Shown: in pieces, positions 37,270 through 49,610 of the stretch
How the letters are laid out: each line of letters opens with the position of its first letter
Position numbering within the stretch: the first letter of the stretch is position 1
Assembly (NCBI RefSeq): GCF_963921235.1
Contig: NC_086103.1
Location: 54,374,001-54,438,000, forward strand
Length of the DNA stretch: 64,000 nucleotides
Direction of reading: 5' to 3'
Origin: Mobula hypostoma
Taxonomy: Eukaryota
Notes under the pieces: model-generated
What the model was told of the DNA's origin: nothing
Seen by the model: only the letters and a program-made list of their open reading frames with translations
Databases searched by the model: none
Made by a program: the position numbers and the translations under genes

Positions 37270-37889
37270 CGAGAGGTGATTGATAAGATTGTGACCTAAG
37301 GTAGGAGGAGTCAATTTTAGAAAGCCTAGCACATTTATTTTTCAACATAGTCCCCTCCTACATGTACACATTTAGTCCAGCAGTCGTGGAGCATACGGAT
37401 CCCTTCTTTGTAGAAGTGGTCCACAGCAGGGGTGATTGATAAGTTTGTGGCCTAAGGTAGGAGATGAGTTATTAACTTCAAACTTTCTGCATTATCACTC
37501 AAAGAGTTGAACTGCATATGCATGTAACGAGAGCGTCTTGGACCTCCAGGTGGTCCACAGCAGGGGTGATTGATAAGTTCGTGGCCTAAGGTAGAAGGAG
37601 ATGAGTAAATAGCTCTTGTTACATGCACATGCAGTTCAACTCTTTGAGTGAAAATGCAGAAAGTTTGAAGGTAATAAATCATCTCCTTCTGCCTTAGGCA
37701 ACAAATTTATTAATCATCCTTGCTGTGGACCACATTCTGGAGGTCCAAGATGCTGACTTCTACAAAGAAGGGATCCGTATGCTCCACAACCGCTGGACTA
37801 AGTGTGTAGATATAAGAAGAATAGATGTGCTAGGTTTTCTAAAATTGACTCCTTCTACCTTAGGCCACGAACTTATCAATCACCCCTCG
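37270..37889. mobile_element. Mariner-derived MITE (620 bp) inserted in the sushi-like pol
   Basis: TA TSD (37268-37269, 37890-37891). Long terminal inverted repeats (TIRs) CGAG(A/G)GGTGATTGATAAG..CCTAAGGTAG(G/A)AGGAGTCAATTTTAGAAA(G/A)CCTAGCACAT. Mariner C-terminal peptide [15 protein letters not shown] in both arms. Confidence 0.9.
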
Positions 37890-40545
37890 TATACCTGTCT
37901 GGGTCCAGCTCAAGCTCCATTACATGAATCCCCTCCTGTGTCAGCTAAGGATGTGGACCTGTCTGGGATTCTGGCTGAATATGCAGATCTCCTTGAGGTT
38001 TTCAGTGAAATAAAGGTCAACACCCTGCCCCCACACCAGCCATACAAGTGTACCCGAGACCTCCTACCTGGCACCAGTCCGCCCCGGGGTTGGCTCTTTT
38101 CCCTCTCTCATCCTGAAACGATAGCCGTTGAAGAATACATGGAGGCATTGAGCATAGGGTTTATCCGTCCATCAACCTCGCTGAAAGGAACGGGCTTCTT
38201 CTTTTGTGAGCAAGAAAGATGGCAAGCTCCATCCCTGCATTGATTATCGGGCCCTGAACAACATCACTGTGAAGAACAACACCACTGTGAAGAACAACAT
38301 CACCGTGAAGAACCACTACCCTCTTCCCTTGCTGGCGTCTACGTTTGAACATCTCCAGGGAGCAACCATATTTTCCAAAATTGATCTGCGCAGTGCTTAC
38401 AATCTGATTTGCATAAAAGAAGGGGATGAGTGGAAAATGGCTTTCAATGCCTCTAATGGCCACTATGAATACCTGATGATGCCTTTTGGTCTGGCCAACG
38501 CCCCCAGTGTATTCCAGGCCTTGGTTAACGATGTGCTCAGGGACATGTTGAACCAGTTTCTGTCTATGTATTTAGATGACATCCTTATTTATTCCCGCTC
38601 TCATCAGGAGCACTTCCAGCATGTCCAGAGAGTATTCAGATGGCTGCCTGAAAATAACCTGTACACCAAGCCTGAAAAATGTGAATTCCATAAAGACCAG
38701 GTGTGGTTTTTGGGCAATATACTTACCCCATCCAATGTTCAAATGGACCCTTGTAAAGTTCAAGCAGTTGCAGATTGGTCCGAGCCGTCTACAGTCAAAC
38801 AGGTATGGCACTTCATGGGGTTTGTGAACTTCTATTACCGCTTCATCCAGAATTTCGGCTCTATTGCAGCTCCATTTAATGCACTCACCAAGAAGACCTC
38901 GGCAGGATTCCACTGGATGGATGATGCATTTTTCGAGCTAAAGCAACGTTTCACTATTGCACCGCTGCTGCAACACCCAGACCCATCTCAGCCATCCACT
39001 GTTGAGGTGGATGCATCTGATGTAGGCATTGGAGCTGTCCTCTCTCAGTGCTCGTCTGCGGATAGCCGGCTGCACTCTTGTGTCTTTCTTTCCCATCGCT
39101 TGACTCTGACTGAGAGGAATTACAACGTTGGGAACTGGGAGCTTCTGGCTGACAAGGAGGCCCTGGAGGAATGGTGACACTGGCTGGAGGGGGCAGAGCA
39201 TCCATTCTTGGTCTGGACAGATCACAAGAACCTCTCCTAAGCAGGGCTCTCTTCTTCACACAGTTCAATTTCATCCTCACTTATCATCCCGGCAGCAAGA
39301 ATACAAAGGCTGACACTCTCTTCCGGCAATTCCATGGATCTGAGGACAATGCCGATCCAGAGCCCATTCTTGCTTGTTTGTGTATCGCTGCTCCGGTGAT
39401 CTGGGGAATAGAGGCAGAGGTGAGGGCTGCCCAACAATCAGATCCAGGCCCGGATGGGGTTCCTCCCAACTGGCTGTTTGCCCCTGCTGTGATGCATTCC
39501 AAAGTGTTGGAATGGGGTTACTCCTCCCGTCTGGTTGGACATCTGGGAATTCAACAGACACAGGAGTTTATAAAGAGACAATTTTGGTGGCCATCTATGT
39601 CCCAGGATGTCCACGACTTTGTATCTGCCTGTCCCACCTGCGCTCGGAACAAGACATCATGCCAGCATTCTGCCAGTCTGTTATGTCCACTGCTTGTGCC
39701 CCACCGTCCAACCAGCCTCTCGTCTGGCTTCCACACCCAATCTGATGGCCAGACTGAGAGAGTGAACCAAGAGTTGGAGACAACCCTGCGCTGTCTTGCC
39801 TTCTCCAACCCCACGTCCTGGAGCTCCCAATTGGTTTGGGCAGAGACTGCCCACAATAATCTCCAGTCGTCCTCCACCGGTGTGCCTCCCTTTGAATGCC
39901 AGAAGGGATTCCAGCCGCTGCTCTTCCCTGATCAGGAGATCGATGTAGGAGTTCCTGCTGCTGAACAGCTGATTCGGCGCTACAAGAGCACCTGGAGACG
40001 AGCCGGGCTTCTCTGCTGCGCGCCCAGAAACAACATTCCCGGTAGGCTGATCGGCTCCATCGACAGGTAAGGCCATTCAAACCAGGAGAGGAGGTCCAAT
40101 TGGCATCAAGGTATCTTGCCCTGAAAGTCAACAACCGGAAATTGGCACCGCGCTACATGGGAAAAGGCTGTCAACAAGGTGTCCTATAGATTGTGTCTAC
40201 CAGCATCATTGAAGATCCACCCAGTATTCCATGTTTCCCAGCTCAAGCCAGTTACTACCTCTTCCCTGGCCCCAGTCACCTCTCCTCCCTGCCTGGTAGA
40301 TGGTTTCCTTGTCTATACAGTGCAGCACCTCCTGGCATCTCACTGGGTACATGGTGAGGTCCAGTACTTTGTGGACTGGGAAGAGTATGGCCCAGAAGAA
40401 CGTAATTGGTTCCCAGTGAAGGACATCTTGAACAAGTCGCTGATACAGGACTTCCAGCAGACACAGATCTGTGGCGCCTCAGGGGCTATGCGTAGAGAAG
40501 GGGGCCCTGTCACAATCACGGATTCGGCAGCACAGTAAATACAGC

Positions 40546-40851
40546 GGACTGAGCGGACGAGACCAATGGAAAGTCCAACGGTCAAGAAGGCGGTCTCTGC
40601 AAGCGTCATGGAACATGTAGAGCAGGACAAGACGCAGAAGATGTCCTGATCATCCACTGCGCCTAGTCCCATCTCCAGCCGTCTAGACTCTGTATTGCCA
40701 CTGGACCCAGATGGGAATTGGGAAGAGAGAGTGAGGCTGACGCTGTGCAACTCTCCCTCACTTAAATCCAAATCACGCGCTAGTCTCGACACCATCATAG
40801 TGGTGTCGAGGTCCTCATCGACGTCAACGATGGACGAACAACAACAACAAG
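40546..40851 (+). mobile_element. 5'-truncated SINE-like retroposon (probably RTE-mobilised) inserted in the 3' LTR
   Basis: Absent from the 5' LTR. Flanked by TACAGC duplication (40540-40545, 40852-40857). (CAA)n tail. Homologous to 49090-49610. Confidence 0.75.
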
Positions 40852-41924
40852 TACAGCAATTGCACTTGTGAATTTGCACATGTCTGCTAATTATTATTTA
40901 ATCGTGGTAGTAATTAACTCCATACTTGTCGTCGTGGTGCTTGACAAGACTTGGACAGAGCAGAGCTGCTGTTTGCCTTCGGCCTTCCTTGAGATCTTGG
41001 ACTGTCAAGTCACCTGACTGTGAGGCCTAGCGGTACTCATTTAATGTTTAGATGTTCTTTTTAGCCGCAGTGTAGGCTTCATTTTCCTTTTGAGAGTTTT
41101 AGTTAATGGCCCTGTTTGGCTTATCGTTTATTGTTTTATTTTCCCTTTAACACTGTTCATATTAAAGTCTGTGAACTATCAACCTGCTTCAATGTCTCTC
41201 ACTCGGCACTTGGGCCATATCTGAACCTTGTAACACACTCTTTGGCTTTTATGGTGGCTTTGACTTCCCTTGTTAGCCATGGTTATGTCAACTTCCATAC
41301 GTCTTCCTCTATAGGATATATATATCCTGTGCCTTCTGAGTTGCTTCCAGAAATTCCAGCTTTTGCTGCTCTGCTGTCATTCCTGCCAGAGTTCTTTTCC
41401 AATAAAATCTGTCCAGCTCCTCTCTCATGTCTCCGTAGTTTCCTTTACTCCACCATAATACTGATACATCCGACATTAGCTTCTTCTTCTCAAACTTCAG
41501 GGTGAATTCGATCATATAATGATCACTTTCTCCCCCAACATTCTTCTCCCTTAAGCTCTCTAATCAATTCTGGTTCATTGCCCCACACCCAGAATAGTTG
41601 ATCCCCTAGTGGGTTCAACCACAAGCTGTTCTAAAAAGTCATTTTTTTAGGCATTCTAGAAATTTCCGTGCTTTGAATATCACACCATCCTGATTTTCCC
41701 ATTACCTGCATATTGAAATCACCTATGCGTATTGTAACATTGCCCTTTTGGCATCTTTGCCCTTTTCTATCTCCCAATGTAATTTGTAGACCACATCCTT
41801 ACCATTGTTTGTGGGTATGTATATAAACCCCATCAGGGTCTTTTTACCCTTAAAGTTCCTTAGCTCTATCCATAATGATTCAACACCTTCCGACACTATG
41901 TCACCTCTTTCTAATTGCTTCATT

Positions 41925-44900
41925 CTTGGTCTTGGTACACTCTTGGCCAATACATCACAAGCTCTACGTTTACATTTTTCCTTATCAAGATGCTTTTCGT
42001 GTATCTTCTGGAGAATTTCCTTGCGAAGTGATACTGGAATCACAAATTTGTTCCCTTGAAGACCATATCTTTCACTACTGACAGTTCAGCTCTCCATGAA
42101 CAATTACACCAAATATACATTGAACAGTCATTGTTAACTGCTGGCCATCCTTTCCATATTGCATGTATCAATTCTTTCATTGTTTCATCTGATCCTGCTG
42201 TTTTCCTAATCTTCTCTGTTCTACCAGGAGATACTGGGAGGGAAGTGACAGTCGTTGTCAACGTAGGCCTGTACATTTGCATTAACCTTTCGGTCACTCT
42301 ATTCTTTCTTGTCAACCGCTCAAGACAGCACATCTTCAGCAACCATACAGAATAATTTCCTAGTGTATAGATCATCTTCACATCATGTTTTTGCAGCCTT
42401 AGCAACATGTGTTGTGTCCTCATGCGACAGTCATTCAGTGGTTTGGACATAATTGAGAACAGTGGTTTATGGTCCATCTCCACTTCAAAATCTTGCCCAT
42501 AGATGTATTGATGGAACCTTTCACATGTATATGTGCTGACGAGAAGCTCTTTCTCTCCTTGTGCACATTTAGCTTCTGCACTCATTAAAGCCCTTGATGC
42601 ACAGACCACAGGTTGCTCTGTGTCATTGTGCTGCTGCAGTAGTACTGCTCCAAGGCCATACTGGGACACATCAGCCGAGATTCTAGTACACCTTTCCAGA
42701 TCATAAAACTTCAGTACGGGCTCTTCAGTTATGACTCCTTTCAGTGTCTGGAAACATTCTTCCTGCTCATTAGACCAAATTCACTTATTTCAGTGCTCAA
42801 GGACTGGCCTCAGTGTTGCTGACACAATAGACAGTCGAGGGATGAACTTAGCCAGGTAGGTCACCATCCCCAAGAAACATCTCACTTCCTTTTTGTTTTG
42901 GGGCCTCTCCATGTTTTCGATGGCTGACGTGTTTCTTGGGTCATGCTTCACTCCTTCTTACGGACATAACATCTCCTACGAAGGTCAATGTCTTAACACC
43001 AAACTCACATTTCTCTTTATTTAATTTCATTTGACATACTGTGTCACGTCAAGATCATGTCTTAGTTGTGTATCATGTTCATTTTTGGTGGACCCCCAGA
43101 CCGATGATATCATCCATCATGGTTTTGACACCAGGAATGTCCCTCAAACATCATGTGGGTGGTTTTATGGTAGACTTCTGGTATAGGCAGAATCCCATAT
43201 GATAGTCAAAGAAAGTGACACCTTCCCTGTGGTGTGTTAACTACACAATCTCAAACTCAGCAAGCTTCATCTGCTAAAACCCAAATGATGCGTCAAGTTT
43301 GCTAAATTACTTGGCACCTACAAACTGGGAATTATTAAGGACCTCCAGCACCCAGGGCATGCCCTTTTCTCACTGTTACCATCAGGTAGGAGATACAAAA
43401 CCCTGAAGGCACACACTCAGCGATTCAGGAACAGCTTCTTACCCTGTGCCATCTGATTCCTTCCTGAAGCTTTCGACACTACCTCACTTTTTTAATGTAC
43501 AGTATTTCTGTTTTTGCACATTTAAAAAAAACCTATTCAATATACATAATAAGTAAACAAGTAAATCAATTATGGTTCATTTAATTTATTTTTTTCTCTC
43601 TCTGCTAGATTATGTATTGCTGCTAAGTTAACAAATTTCACATCGCCTGCCGGTGATAATATCACCTGCCGATGATTCTGATTCTGATTCTGATCTCCTC
43701 CCGTGTTGGCAATTTAAAGTGCACTCTCTCGATGGTTTTATTGGGATCTCTTGGGTCGAGACATATCCACAATGCTCTATTTATCTTTTGCACCATGACC
43801 AGTAAGTTTGCCAGTCTATTGGTTTTCAATTTCCTGAATGAGAGTCATCAGTTCCATATTGCTAGTTCTTGTTTAAGTCTGACTCGAAGTGGAAACGGAA
43901 CTCTCCTGCATACATGGACAACAGGAGCCACTGTCTCATTTATATGAATTTTGTGTACAACAGATAAGCATGCGAGCCCTTCAAAGGCATGAGTGTCATG
44001 TGGGCATCTTTGGTCTCTGAAACTACTATGGAAATGCTTTTCACCAGGTTGAGCTTTTCACAAGCACCCAGACCTAATATTGGCTGTACTCTCTTTTCAA
44101 CAACCAGCAGCTGTGCCTTGAGGTGCTGTCCCTTGTGCTTGAATGGTACTATACAGCCTCAATTTACTGGAATGTTCTCTTCAGTGTAGCCTGTTAATTT
44201 AACTTCATTAGGTAAATCTTGCTCATTACTGTGAGAGTCTTGTAATCATCCATGGATGACAGATTCACCTGAACTCCGGAGTCAGTTTGAATGGAACTAT
44301 TGTCTCATTCACGATCACCGGAACGACCCATTCTGTTTCACCAGCACCAGCAGTCTAGAAAATCCACAAAAAATTCCTCAATTTCCTCATCAACCATGTG
44401 CATCTTTCTCTTTGCCACTTTGCAGCACATTGCAAAATGAGTCTTCTACCCACAATTATTGCAGGACTTTCTACAAGCAGGACATGTCTTTGGATTGCGA
44501 CTACCTCCACATTTGCTGTTTAAGCCTTCTTCTTTACTTTGCTGTTGCTTTGGGATCACCTTGTCTGCTGCACCTCTGTTTTCACATTATACTCTGCATG
44601 TCTGCCCTGCAAAACCTTAGCTTGTGCTCATGTGGATTCTACTGCCCTACGCATATTCACAATCTTTTCTAGAGTCAAATCGTTTTCATGTAGCAGTCTT
44701 TCTCTGAGTCCCCCATTAATGGATAATTCTTCAAACTATTCTGTCTGTAACTAGTGAGTTTCTCAAATCTCCAAATTCACAGGACTTACTCAGTGTGTTA
44801 AGCACGTCTAAGTATTAGTCGAAGCTAACACCTTGGTTCTGGTCGCTGGAAAAAACCTTACATCTCTCAAACATGATGCTTTTACTTGGGACAAAATACC

Positions 44901-45512
44901 CCTCAAATTTTGTCATCAGAGTGTCCAATGTAAAAGCTGTCTCATCAATTTGAAAGTCGTTATGAATGTCCAAAGTATCTTCACCAATTACATGCAGAAA
45001 AGTAGATGCTTTCAATTTTTCATCAGTGCCTTCCGCTCTGAAAACAGCTAAATATATATTGAATCACTGTTTGAAGTGTTTCCAGTTATCAGTTAGATTG
45101 GTGGTAAACTGCATAGGTGCTGGAGAACTTAGCTTATTCAGGACACAGACATTTAGCCTCTCACCTGAAACTTTTTTGGTGAATCCAGTGACTGCTGAAC
45201 TTTGGGAACAATGTGCCCTCTTGCCTCACTGGCCAGCTTCTCTCTGTTGTATCCGACCTCACCTGCTGTTCCTTAAGTACTCATGTAGTCGCTTTCTCTG
45301 TGTTTAGACCTCACTGTCTTCTGAGACCACGTTATGTTTGTTCTTAACGAAGATAAACTTGGTACGGGTTCACGTTAGAACATTTTATTACCCAACTGCT
45401 GCTTAACCCTGTGTGTGTGCAAATAGGTCACTGTCATAGCTTATAGTTCCGGGTGAACCCACCATGTTGTCCACTGGGAACTGTAGTTCTTTATTATGTA
45501 CAGATAATAACA
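41925..45512 (-). mobile_element. Decayed Gypsy element (Mag-like), 5' LTR to start of integrase
   Basis: Short LTR at about 45330-45512. PBS TGGTCTCAGAAG (tRNA-Leu-like) at 45318-45329. Gag NWKHFKQ..KASTFLHVIGED. RNaseH SQYGLGAVLLQ..ASRAL..EKELL..DHKPL (42040-42669). Truncated near the IN zinc finger. Confidence 0.85.
43331..43693 (+). mobile_element. Rex1-like 3' end fragment inserted in the Gypsy RT
   Basis: IIKDLQHPGHALFSLLPSGRRY..RFRNSF coding remnant, with a (GATTCT)n tail at 43674-43693. Confidence 0.8.
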
Positions 45513-45732
45513 CACCAACCAATTATAACAATACATAGAAAGGTATGGACAGACAAGCAATAGATGAAATTTAATGCAGAGAAGTGACAACAGTTGCATT
45601 TAAGCCGAATAGTTGGGGAGGTAAAATATGGAGGTAATGTCACAGTTCTAAAGATGCTGCAAAATCAAAGAATGTTCATTTGCAGATGACAGAACATACT
45701 GAGCAGCAGCTAATTAAGCATACTAGAGCTCC

Positions 45733-45812
45733 TGTCTCGGCCCGAAACATTGACCGTACTCTTTTCCATAGATGCTGCCTGGCCTGCTGAGTTCCTCCAG
45801 CATTCTGTGTGT
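45733..45812 (+). mobile_element. Short PLE terminal fragment (3' half of the hammerhead motif)
   Basis: GTCTCGGCCCGAAACATTGACC..AGATGCTGCCTGGCCTGCTGAGTTCCTCCAGC. Confidence 0.65.
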
Positions 45813-45849
45813 GCAGACTAGATCTTGAGCTTTAACAATACAGGAATGG

Positions 45850-46530
45850 AACACAGAAACGTAGAAAACCTACAGCACAATACAGGGCCTTCGGCCCACA
45901 AAGCAGTGCTGAACATGTCCTTACCTTAGAACTACCTAGGCTTACCCATAGCCCTCTACTTTTCTAATCTCCATGTATCCATCCAGGAGTCTCTTAAAAG
46001 ACCCTATTGTTTCCCCCTGCACCACAGCCACCGGCAGCCCATTCGACGCACTCATCACTCTCTGTGTAAAAATTTTACCCCTGACATCTCCTCTGTAGCT
46101 ACTTCCAAGCACCTTAAAACTATGCCCTCTCATGCTAGCCATTTCAGCCCTGGGAAAAAGTCTCTGACTATCCACACGATCAATGCCTCTCATTATCTTG
46201 TACACCTCTATCAGGTCACCTCTCATCCTCCGTTGCTCCATAGAGAAAAAGCTAAGTTCACTCAACCTATTCTCATAAGGCATGCTCCCCAATCCAACCA
46301 ACATCCTTGTAAATCTCCTCTGCACCCTTGCTATGGTTTCCACGTCCTTCCTGTGGTGAGGTGAACAGAATCAAGCACAGTACTCCAAGTGGGGTCTGAC
46401 AAGGGTCCTATATAGCTGCAACATTACCTCTCGGCTCTTAAACTCAATCCTACAATTGATGATGGCCAATGGACCGTATGCCTCCTTAACCACAGAGTCA
46501 ACCGGCGTAGCAGCTTTGAGTGTCCTATGG
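45850..46530 (-). mobile_element. CR1 3' fragment nested in an older plus-strand CR1 remnant (about 45530-47040)
   Basis: ORF 45942-46343 RVQRRFTRML..RRMRGDLIEVYKIMRG, with CR1 tail at about 45850. Flanks read as decayed plus-strand CR1 (TTTAATGCAGAGAAGTG; GATGTGAAGGCCCTCGAG). Confidence 0.85.
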
Positions 46531-49089
46531 CGTGAAGTTATGATGAACCTTAATAAAACTTCAGTTAGGCCATATCTTAAGTATTAAGTCCATTAGAAGG
46601 ATGTGAAGGCCCTCGAGGAGCTGCAGAGGAGATTTAGCAGAATAATTACAGAAATGATGGATCTTACAGTTAAGTTGTCAAAACTGAGATTTTCCTTGAA
46701 GCAATGGAAGTTGAGGAAAAATATGACAAAAATGCATAAAATTTAAAAAATATAAACAAAGTAAAGTTGCTTCTTTGTTCAGAAAAGAGGGGACTCCCAT
46801 GTAAGATTTGGCAAGGGATACAGGGAAAGTGTAAGGAGGAATATTTTTAATGTCATGAGGGGAAATTAACAGGAACTCACTGCCTACAACAGTGGGGGAA
46901 GCAGTGATTTCCAAAAGCAAATGGGGAGAGATTTGAAGGAAAAAAATAAGATACAGATATCTAGGATAGAAAAGTGGCTTAAAGCTGCCTGAATTCTTCT
47001 GTAGATAGTTAATGTGAGCCAAAAAGAGTCCTTCTGAGTACTTTAGCTACTGGCTCTGCTTGTTTTGACCTACATTGATCAGTAGTATTCTTCAATTATA
47101 AATGGAGTTCTGCAAAACTACATCCATGCTAACACTAATAAGATCAGTGAAGCCAGCTTCCTCTCAATGAGATCTATAGTATAGTAGGCAACCCTTGTAA
47201 TGCAGCTTCAGGCCTCTATAGCAGAAGCAGGTTTATTGATAACAGATGTTATGACTATTAGGGCCCAATACAGAAAACTACTGTGCACATCTTTTGAAAT
47301 GATGCATTTTCTATTATGCTGTTTAGCTCTATAAATCTGTTCCTATTTTATTCAGCTATCACATCCTGACATTGCAATTATGCAACAGAACATCAGTGGC
47401 ATTGTACATTTTTGCAAATTTTTCTGGAATTCACATTTCCGAACAGCAATGTTCATTTGAGTATTTATACCCAATATAAGTAGTAAGTTCAGTTAATTTT
47501 CAACATCTCAAATAATTACACAGCATACTCCTTTTCTGACAAAACTCTGGTCAAATTGCCTTTGAGAATCATTAAATATAAAAGAATAGAGAGAACACCA
47601 GCTGAATTCCAGGAATATTTCTGGCAATTCATAATGAAAAACTTATTTAGAAGCCCTGCTGTTCCTAACCATGAATTCTATGAGTCTTTCATACTCAAAT
47701 CTATTAGCAAAATACAATCAACTAACCCTTTCCTGACATGAGTAAAAACAAGGATAAGGCCATAAATAATAAACTTTATTTTGTAAATCAAATATTGTGA
47801 GTTTACTATTACTACAATTGCAGTGACTTTCCTTAAATAAGAAATCCATTTATTCCCATTCTTTCCTTAATAATAACACTGATTCTGACTAAATGGAATA
47901 GACAATAGAATGGCAGAATGGTTTCAGCTGTAACTGACCTACTAATCATAGATTTAACTTTTACCATAAAATATTGAAGAAATCTCCTTGTAAAATATAT
48001 ATGTTAGTCCTAGAAGTATCAACAATCAGGGATTCACAGACTCCTCTTAACTATATTTCAAAGGTTTCAAAGGTACATTTAATGTCAGAGAAATGTATAC
48101 TATATACATCCTGAAATGCTTTTTCTCCACAAACATCCACGAAAACAGAAGTGCCCCCAAAGATCTTGGGTCTCTGGGCACACAGCCTTAGATCTTCCAT
48201 CTCCCACGAAACACCAGTCTTCTGCTCAGACACCAACCTCTGATCCTCCGATCTCTAGAGCCACAAAAACTCGGTTCTCCGAAGGCGAGGTGAGCTCTTG
48301 GGCTGAGCCCTTGGTGTGCTGAACAACGACCAGTTGTGAAACCCTGGGAGCAGGTCCCATTTCCGCAAAGGACTGTAGTCAGCATGTAACTCCAGGTCAG
48401 GGTCTTCAAAAGAACCCTGAAAGGGAAAAATATAGATATTAAAGATGGAAATATTTGCTAGTTACTTCATACCCTAGAGCATATACTTAAATTTCTACCT
48501 TCACAATTTCCATTATTATTTTATTTATTTTATAATTCTTAGAATTGACTAGTTTACTATGCTTTTCATGCATAATGTGGCACATTGTCTATCTTTTCAA
48601 TAGATAACCTACCTGATTTAGAAATAGGTTCTAACAAGCCTCATTTACTGATCCATCCCAATTCATAAGGAAGCAATTATTACCAACTTTCAATCATTTT
48701 TGTATCATGTTTAAAAAAAAATTGCTATAACAAAAATCGGCAACTTCCTATAAAATAATAAGTTAAGAGTCATAATAATAGATAAAGAGCTGTTACACTG
48801 CATAATTTCCACACATTGAGAACCCAAATGCATTTAGTTCATCTCTGGTTAATTATCTCAATTAAGGTAAATACCCATGGCTAAATGTTGTAATGAAAAT
48901 TAAATTAACATTGTTTTAGAGATTAAGGTAATTATTATGAAATATTTGGGTGCAGGGATTCGACCATACCACGTTCATTGTGGAAATAACATTATGATTT
49001 AACTGGGATGAATTTTTTGCATCTTCTTTTCCAAGAAAACTGCTTCTATAGTTGGCAGAGTTGGGTATTGCTTCCTGACAGCTGCAGTT

Positions 49090-49610
49090 GTCATTGGTGG
49101 TGGTTGTCTGTCAAACCCAATGATGATGAAACCTGTGAGGAAACGTTTTTAAAATGCAAAGTCATTGAACTGGGGCAATTCCACTCTCTTGCTATCAGAT
49201 GTCCTGGTCCAGTAGTATGTGTAGTTGTCATAACTGCGGGCTTCCTTGGTTGCAGTGGTTGACCATGACTTCTTCTGTGCCTTGTCATGCCTTTGCTCTC
49301 CTAGAAGCATTGCAGCACTGAGATCCTGGGCATTGGATCTCACTGAATGATCTCATCTGCCCGGTCTACTGCAACTGACTTTGCATACTAGGAACAGGTA
49401 TGACCCTATCTTACTGGGGATATAAGACCTACTGGTCATCCTCACTTGGTTTAAAATAGTGTACAGGGGTGTGACTGCTGTCACATGCAAACAGCTATAG
49501 GAGCCACAGGTGATAGCTCTGAGTGTCCGATGGTGAGTGAGCTGCCCAGAATGAACACGACAAGCACCCTTCACCAGAGGTGCTGCCCTCCCTGGATGCC
49601 TCATATACCC
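49090..49610 (-). mobile_element. Older, longer copy of the SINE-like family seen at 40546-40851
   Basis: Minus strand shares blocks such as GACAAGGCACAGAAGAAGTCATGGTCAACCACTGC versus GACAAGACGCAGAAGATGTCCTGATCATCCACTGC, and ends in an (ACC)n/(CAA)-like tail. Confidence 0.65.

Larger units (their letters stand above)
35224..41235 (+). mobile_element. Old sushi-like chromoviral Ty3/Gypsy element (gag-PR-RT-RH-IN-chromodomain), pseudogenised
   Basis: LTRs at 35224-35642 and 40508-41235. TSD CACTC (35219-35223, 41236-41240). Gag from 35662 (EEPMQVG; CLYCGDPRH). Protease FIDSG at about 36952. [25 protein letters not shown] (38206-39177). IN HHCC region (39171-40070). Chromodomain YTVQHLL..QYFVDWEEYGPEERNW (40179-40538). 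PPT at about 40494-40507. Confidence 0.93.
34210..41922 (-). mobile_element. Decayed CR1 LINE, split by the sushi-like element into 34210-35223 and 41241-41922
   Basis: CR1 ORF2 pieces KSPGSD..LKEVAEEIVEAL (34521-34991), WSKGNYGDMREEL (41309-41515) and VESLWIELRN (41723-42043). The two halves join across the CACTC TSD. Confidence 0.85.
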
